From Actinomycetota bacterium (GTDB lineage Bacteria; Actinomycetota; Actinomycetes; Actinomycetales; Microbacteriaceae), in the NCBI GenBank assembly GCA_051751085.1, contig JBNJKM010000001.1, positions 135,314 through 199,313 of the forward strand: a stretch of 64,000 bases of DNA. Reading direction: 5' to 3'. The notes under the pieces were generated by a model that was given only the letters and a program-made list of their open reading frames with translations, was not told the DNA's origin and did no database searches. This document shows positions 58,381 through 64,000 of the stretch, piece after piece; position 1 is the stretch's first letter, and every line of letters begins with the position of its first letter. The position numbers were made by a program, and so were the translations under genes.

Positions 58381-59433
58381 TCATGGGATGTCGAGCAGGT
58401 CGTCGGGCTGGAGCGTCAGCACCGCGGTCGCGCCCGTCCTGCTCGCGCCGGTCACGGTCACCTCGACGGGCTGCGTCGCGGGCACGCGCTCGGGCAGCGT
58501 GAAGGCCCAGCCGCGCAGCATGCCGTCGGCGCTGCAGTCACGGTCGTCCGGCGCGAACTCGAACGACACCTCGACCATGCCGATGCCGGTCGAGCGCGCC
58601 GCGACGGGCGTCGGCGTGCAGTGGTCCGCGCCGGATCCGTAGCGCAGCACCGCGAGCCGCACACCCGGCTCGATCCAGCGCACGCCGACCTCCGGGTCCT
58701 CGGTCTGCACCACGCCGGCCTCGGTGGACGACGGCAGCTGCTCTGCGGGGATGGCCGACGGCGCGGGCACGTCCTCGGGCGGCGTCGGGATGAGCGACGG
58801 CTGCGGATCGGCGGTCGGGCCGCTGTCGAGCAGGTCGTCGGGGCCGATCTCCACGTCGGTGGACTCGTCCTCCCCGCGCAGGTTCTCGAGCATCACCGTC
58901 AGCGTCTCGGTGGCATCGACCGGTGACGCGAGCCCCAGCTCCCAGCCGTGCAGCCGGAAGTCGGCCGTGCACATCATGGCCGGGTCAGGCGGATCGAAGG
59001 CGACCAGGACGCCGCTCTCGCCTTGCTCGGCGGCGTGCGGCTGGGGGATGCACCCGCCACCGCCGCCCGAGCCGCCGATGACGACCGCGATGGATTCGCC
59101 GGGCTCCAGCCAGCGCACCGCGAAGCCCTCCTCGCTCACCTCGTCGAAGAGGCCCTCCGACTGCAGCAGCTCGTCCGCGAGCTCGACGGGCGCGGCGCCG
59201 GCCGCGCCCGGGGCGCCGGTCGAGGTGGAGGGCTGCGGCGGCGCGGAGGTCGGCGACGTGCCGGGCGACGCGCACGCGGCCAGCAGCGCGGCCGAGCCGG
59301 CGAGCGCGACGGCGGCGAGCATCCGCCGCGATCGAGCGGCAGATCGGCCTCCGGTGGCGGTGAGCGGGTGACTCTCGGATCGGCGCACGGCTGGGTCCTC
59401 TCTCGCGAGGCTCCTCCTCGCACGTCCTGACAT
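58381..59433 (-). CDS. Lipoprotein, family B, member 3, with two tandem domain copies
   Basis: LAAC lipobox; RW.EPG...GSG...C.P.P...C(T/S)AD...GW occurs twice; alternative start 59388. Confidence 0.78.
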   Translation of the reverse strand: MSGRARRSLAREDPAVRRSESHPLTATGGRSAARSRRMLAAVALAGSAALLAACASPGTSPTSAPPQPSTSTGAPGAAGAAPVELADELLQSEGLFDEVSEEGFAVRWLEPGESIAVVIGGSGGGGGCIPQPHAAEQGESGVLVAFDPPDPAMMCTADFRLHGWELGLASPVDATETLTVMLENLRGEDESTDVEIGPDDLLDSGPTADPQPSLIPTPPEDVPAPSAIPAEQLPSSTEAGVVQTEDPEVGVRWIEPGVRLAVLRYGSGADHCTPTPVAARSTGIGMVEVSFEFAPDDRDCSADGMLRGWAFTLPERVPATQPVEVTVTGASRTGATAVLTLQPDDLLDIP

Positions 59434-59561
59434 GTCCAGTCTCCGGCCGAGGTCACGCCGGTGCGGTCACGATCCGGTCACGTTCCGACGGGCTCCGCCA
59501 CCGCATCCTGTCGCAGATCGCGGCGCGCGCGCTCGCGACGGGCTCGGCATAGGCTCGACCC

Positions 59562-60515
59562 GTGAGCATCGACAGCCAGGCCGGCGACACCCGACCCGGT
59601 ACCGGCAGGGGCAGCCTCGAGTCGCTGCTCGGGCCGACCGAGATCCGCGCGCTCGCGTCGACCCTCGACCTCACCCCCACGAAGCGCTGGGGCCAGAACT
59701 TCGTCGTCGACGCGAACACCGTGCGCCGCATCGTGAAGATCGCGGATGTCGCCGGTCGCGACGTCGTCGAGGTCGGACCGGGTCTCGGCTCGCTGACGCT
59801 CGGGCTGACCGAGGTCGGCGCGCGGGTCGCGGCCGTCGAGATCGACGCGCGGCTCGCGGAGCTGCTGCCGAGGACCGTGGAGCGGAAGCAGCCCGACGCG
59901 AGGCTCGAGGTCGTGCAGCACGACGCGCTCACGATCGAGTCGCTGCCCTTCGCGCCGCAGGCGCTCGTCGCGAACCTGCCCTACAACGTCTCCGTGCCCG
60001 TGCTCATCCACCTGCTCGAGCGGTTCCCGACGATCGACCGGGCGCTCGTGATGGTGCAGTCCGAGGTCGGCCACCGGCTCGCGGCGCCGCCCGGATCGAA
60101 GGTGTACGGCTCGCCGAGCGCGAAGGTCGCATGGTGGGGCCAGTGGGGGCTCGAGGGCGACGTGTCGCGGCAGATCTTCTGGCCGGTGCCCAACGTCGAC
60201 AGCGTGCTCGTCGGCTTCCGCCGCGGCCCGTCGCGGGGCGACGAGGCGCTGCGGCGGCGCACCTTCCGGGTGATCGACGGCGCCTTCGGCCAGCGCCGCA
60301 AGATGCTGCGGCAGGCGCTCTCGGGCGTCTTCGGCTCGTCGGCGGCCGCGACCGAGGTGCTCGAGCGCGCCGGCGTCGCGCCCACGCTGCGCGGCGAGGC
60401 GCTCGACCTCGACGACTTCATCCGCATCGCCGAGGCCGCGCCTGGGGGCGTCGCCGGCCCGGACGCATCCGCCGCCGACGCATCCGCCGTGCCGGACGCA
60501 TCCGCGGAGCACTGA
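59562..60515 (+). CDS. rsmA: 16S rRNA (adenine1518/1519) dimethyltransferase
   Basis: PTKRWGQNFV.D, EVGPGLGSLT, VANLPYNVS, MVQ.EV, FGQRRKMLR. Confidence 0.96.
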   Translation: MSIDSQAGDTRPGTGRGSLESLLGPTEIRALASTLDLTPTKRWGQNFVVDANTVRRIVKIADVAGRDVVEVGPGLGSLTLGLTEVGARVAAVEIDARLAELLPRTVERKQPDARLEVVQHDALTIESLPFAPQALVANLPYNVSVPVLIHLLERFPTIDRALVMVQSEVGHRLAAPPGSKVYGSPSAKVAWWGQWGLEGDVSRQIFWPVPNVDSVLVGFRRGPSRGDEALRRRTFRVIDGAFGQRRKMLRQALSGVFGSSAAATEVLERAGVAPTLRGEALDLDDFIRIAEAAPGGVAGPDASAADASAVPDASAEH

Positions 60516-61045
60516 TGGTCGACCGCATCGACCGCACCATGGGGCCGGCCGCGATGCGCGCCGCGACCGGTCGCGACCACGAGGCGTGGCGCGACCTGCT
60601 CGAGGCGGCCGGCGCGCTCGAGTGGAGCCATCGGCAGATCGCCGACTGGCTGGTCGCCGAGCACGGCGTCGAGCCGTGGTGGGCGCAGGGGATCACGGTC
60701 GACTTCGAGCAGGACCGCAAGGGCAGGATGCCGGGCCAGCAGCCCGACGGCTCGTTCTCGGTCGCGCGGACGCGCACGGTGCCGGGGGAGCGGCTCGCGG
60801 CGCTCGCTGCGGTGCGCGCGGCGATCGAGGAGCGCCACGGCCCCGCGCACGGCGAGAACCTCGCCGCCGCGCAGCCGGTCGTGCGGTGGCGACTGGGCGA
60901 CGGGACGCGCCTCACGGCCGCCGCGCAGCAGCCGAACGCGACGGGCACGCCCGTGAGCCTCACGGTGCAGAAGCTCGCGGATGCGTCGGCGATGGACACC
61001 GCGAAGGCCGAGATCGCCGCGATCTTCGACGCCGTCGCGGGCTGA
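60515..61045 (+). CDS. DUF4287-like hypothetical protein
   Basis: ATGRD...W...L, WL..EHGV..WWAQ.ITV.FEQ. Confidence 0.65.
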   Translation: MVDRIDRTMGPAAMRAATGRDHEAWRDLLEAAGALEWSHRQIADWLVAEHGVEPWWAQGITVDFEQDRKGRMPGQQPDGSFSVARTRTVPGERLAALAAVRAAIEERHGPAHGENLAAAQPVVRWRLGDGTRLTAAAQQPNATGTPVSLTVQKLADASAMDTAKAEIAAIFDAVAG

Positions 61046-61049
61046 GCCC

Positions 61050-61448
61050 TCAGCCGTCGGGCGAGCGCGCGTCGAGCTCGGCCGCGAGGCGGCGCGGCGC
61101 CGTGACGCGGAAGGATGCGTCGAGCAGCTCGGCCACGCGCGCCCAGTCGGCGGCGTCGAGGTCGACCGCGATCCAACCGCTCGGCGCGAGGTAGGCGGGC
61201 TCGATCGCGCCCTCCTCGAGCATTGCGAGCCGCTCGTCGGGCTCGAGCAGCACGCTCAGGTGGTGCGGGTGCTGCAGCCACTCGCCGTCGCGCTTCGTCG
61301 AGCAGCCGAAGTAGGCGAAGACCTTCTGGGTGAAGAACGCGGGCCGCCCGTGCGAGACCTTCTCGGCGGCACCGGGGAGCGCGAGCGCGAGCGCGCGGAC
61401 GCGCGCGAGCACCGGGTCGTCGTCGTCGAACATCGGCGGATGCGCCAT
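61050..61448 (-). CDS. MmcQ/YjbR family protein
   Basis: [35 protein letters not shown]. Confidence 0.85.
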   Translation of the reverse strand: MAHPPMFDDDDPVLARVRALALALPGAAEKVSHGRPAFFTQKVFAYFGCSTKRDGEWLQHPHHLSVLLEPDERLAMLEEGAIEPAYLAPSGWIAVDLDAADWARVAELLDASFRVTAPRRLAAELDARSPDG

Positions 61449-61512
61449 GGCCGCGAGAGTAGCGCTGCCCGTGCGACAGGAGCACCCTGCGGCGCGCACT
61501 AGGTTGGTTGCC

Positions 61513-62445
61513 GTGGTGCGCGGAACTCAGAGGAGCACGGTGCGGGCGAAGGCGCCCGGCAAGATCAACGTGCACCTGGGCGTGGGCGCGCTGCAGGACG
61601 ACGGCTACCACGACGTCGCGACCGCCTACCAGGCCGTGAGCCTGCACGAGCTCGTCGAGGCGACCGAGGCCGACGACTTCTCGGTGCGCTTCTCGGGACC
61701 GGTGCCGCACGACCACCTCTCCACCGGCGCCGACAACCTCGCGATCCGCGCTGCGATGGCGCTCGCCCGGCGCGGTCGCGTGACCGGCGGCGTGGCGCTC
61801 TCGATCGAGAAGCACGTGCCGATCGCCGGCGGCATGGGCGGCGGCAGCGCGGATGCGGCGGCGACGCTCGTCGCGTGCGACGAGCTGTGGGGGCTGCACC
61901 TGGGGCGCGAGGCGCTGCACGAGATCGGCCGGGAGCTCGGCGCCGACGTGCCGTTCGCGCTCGCGGGCGGGACCGCCGTCGGCACGGGCCGCGGCGACCG
62001 GCTGACGCCCGCGCTCGCGCGCGGCCAGTTCCACTGGGTGCTCGCCTACGCCGAGGCAGGCCTCTCGACCCCGGACGTCTACCGGGCGCTCGACGAGCAC
62101 CGCGCCGTGCACGCGGCCGACATCGCGCCCGCGCACGACGTGCCGACGGTGGATGCGCGGGTGCTGCAGGCGCTCCGCGCCGGCGACCCGTCGATGCTCG
62201 CCGAGGTGCTCCAGAACGACCTGCAGGCGCCGGCGCTGCGGCTCATGCCGCGGCTGGCCGGCACGCTCGAGCTGGGGGAGCGCTCCGGCGCGCTCGCGGG
62301 CATCGTCTCCGGCTCCGGCCCGACCGTCGCCTTCCTGTGCGACGGCGTCGAGTCGGCGCTGGAGGTGCGCGAGCGCCTCGCGGCGGCCCAGCTCACGGCG
62401 GTCAAGGTGACCGGCCCGGTGCCCGGCGCCCGCCTGATCGACTGA
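61513..62445 (+). CDS. ispE: 4-diphosphocytidyl-2-C-methyl-D-erythritol kinase
   Basis: [43 protein letters not shown]. Confidence 0.95.
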   Translation: MVRGTQRSTVRAKAPGKINVHLGVGALQDDGYHDVATAYQAVSLHELVEATEADDFSVRFSGPVPHDHLSTGADNLAIRAAMALARRGRVTGGVALSIEKHVPIAGGMGGGSADAAATLVACDELWGLHLGREALHEIGRELGADVPFALAGGTAVGTGRGDRLTPALARGQFHWVLAYAEAGLSTPDVYRALDEHRAVHAADIAPAHDVPTVDARVLQALRAGDPSMLAEVLQNDLQAPALRLMPRLAGTLELGERSGALAGIVSGSGPTVAFLCDGVESALEVRERLAAAQLTAVKVTGPVPGARLID

Positions 62446-62587
62446 GCCGACCGCATCCGCCCGTCCGTCCCGTGAGGGGCGCCTCCGGCATGTGACCGGC
62501 GTCCTCTGCGAGTGCGTGGCGTCACTCAGGTGCGAGCGGCACCGGCCCTCGGCGCGGCGCTCGCCGCGCGTGCGGGAGGATGGAGGC

Positions 62588-64000
62588 ATGGCTCATCTTC
62601 TGGGCGCCGAACGCGTCGGCGTCGCGTTCCCCACGCGCACCGTGTTCGAGTCGATCTCGCTCGGCCTCGAGGACGGCGACCGCATCGGCATCGTCGGCCG
62701 CAACGGCGACGGCAAGTCGACCCTGCTGCGCGTGCTCGCCGGCAGCCTCGAGCCGACGAGCGGCCGCGTCACGCGCCGCGGCGGCCTGCAGGTCGGCGTG
62801 CTCGACCAGCGCGACACGCTCGACCACGAGATGACGATCAGCGAGGCCATCGTCGGCGACCGGCCCGAGCACGAGTGGGCGGGGGATGCGCGCATCCGCG
62901 ACCTGCTCGCCGGCCTCGTGGGCGACCTCGACTGGCACGGCCGCATCGGCGACCTCTCCGGCGGCCAGCGCCGCCGCGTCGCGCTCGCGCAGCTGCTCGC
63001 GGGCGACTGGGACGTGCTCTTCCTCGACGAGCCCACGAACCACCTCGACGTGCAGGGCATCGCCTGGCTCGCCGACCACCTCAACGCCCGCTACGCGACC
63101 GGCCGCGGCGCCTTCGTGGCCGTCACGCACGACCGGTGGTTCCTCGATGCGGTCTGCACCGGCACGTGGGAGGTGCACGACCAGCTCGTCGAGCCCTTCG
63201 AGGGCGGCTACGCCGCCTACGTGCTGCAGCGCGTCGAGCGCGACCGCATGTCGGCCGCGAGCGAGGCGAAGCGCCAGAACCTCATGAAGAAGGAGCTCGC
63301 GTGGCTCCGTCGCGGCGCGCCCGCCCGCACCGCGAAGCCGAAGTTCCGCATCGACGCGGCGACGCAGCTCATCGAGGACGAGCCGCCCGTGCGCGACCCG
63401 ATCCAGCTCGCGCAGCTCGCCGCGACCCGCCTCGGCAAGGACGTCGTCGACGTCGTCGACGTCTCCGTCGAGCTCGGCGGCCGCACGATCCTCGACGACG
63501 TCACGTGGCGCATCGCGCCCGGCGAGCGCGCCGGCGTGCTCGGGCGCAACGGCGCCGGCAAGTCGACCCTGCTCGCGCTCATCGCCGGACGCATCCGCCC
63601 CACGACGGGCCGCGTGAAGACCGGCAAGACGGTGAAGATCGCCGAGCTGACGCAGGAGCTCTCCGAGCTCGAGCAGCACGAGGACGACCCGGTGCGCACC
63701 GTGGTCGCCAACCTCAAGACGAGCTACGCCTCCGGCGGCAAGGAGCTCACGCCCGGCCAGCTGCTCGAGAAGCTCGGCTTCCGCTCCGGCGAGCTCTCCA
63801 CGCCCGTCAGGGACCTCTCGGGCGGTCAGCGCCGCCGCCTGCAGCTGCTGCTCATCCTGCTGGACGAGCCGAACGTGCTCATCCTCGACGAGCCCACGAA
63901 CGACCTCGACACCGACATGCTCGCCGCGATGGAGGACGTGCTCGACTCGTGGGCCGGATGCCTCATCGTCGTGAGCCACGACCGCTACCTCATCGAGCGC
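62588..64000 (+). CDS. ABC-F family ATP-binding protein (Uup-like), truncated by the window end
   Basis: GRNGDGKST, LSGGQRRR, LDEPTNHLD; second ABC domain GRNGAGKST, LSGGQRRR, LDEPTNDLD. Confidence 0.93.
   Translation, partial: MAHLLGAERVGVAFPTRTVFESISLGLEDGDRIGIVGRNGDGKSTLLRVLAGSLEPTSGRVTRRGGLQVGVLDQRDTLDHEMTISEAIVGDRPEHEWAGDARIRDLLAGLVGDLDWHGRIGDLSGGQRRRVALAQLLAGDWDVLFLDEPTNHLDVQGIAWLADHLNARYATGRGAFVAVTHDRWFLDAVCTGTWEVHDQLVEPFEGGYAAYVLQRVERDRMSAASEAKRQNLMKKELAWLRRGAPARTAKPKFRIDAATQLIEDEPPVRDPIQLAQLAATRLGKDVVDVVDVSVELGGRTILDDVTWRIAPGERAGVLGRNGAGKSTLLALIAGRIRPTTGRVKTGKTVKIAELTQELSELEQHEDDPVRTVVANLKTSYASGGKELTPGQLLEKLGFRSGELSTPVRDLSGGQRRRLQLLLILLDEPNVLILDEPTNDLDTDMLAAMEDVLDSWAGCLIVVSHDRYLIER

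Overview
High-GC (about 72% by eye) actinobacterial chromosome segment. Gene content and style suggest Microbacteriaceae, possibly Agrococcus-like (inference). Bases 1-9.3 kb are the edge of a lower-GC surface-polysaccharide island: IS3/IS30 remnants, an asparagine-synthase-like gene, wecB, a Wzm/Wzt-type ABC pair, a GT4 glycosyltransferase, galU and an lsr2 copy. The rest is mostly core genome: maltokinase, speB, hrpA, a DEAD helicase, the methylcitrate genes prpD/prpB/prpC, and pmt-rsmI-metG-tatD-rsmA-ispE-ABC-F, with lipoprotein paralogue arrays in between. No tRNA, rRNA or CRISPR was seen. The most unusual signals are: (1) five copies of a 62-bp four-box palindrome, arranged as two sets that each bracket a single gene, one of which is an orphan AbiEi-like/DUF559-like putative nuclease; (2) a second, REP-type repeat family that has inserted in frame inside hrpA; (3) roughly ten-fold over-representation of the octamer CGGATGCG outside the island; (4) mirror-image SigK-type promoters driving a SodC/CHRD-like protein plus a class F sortase whose catalytic His is Gln. 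All calls come from reading motifs by eye; no database search was run.
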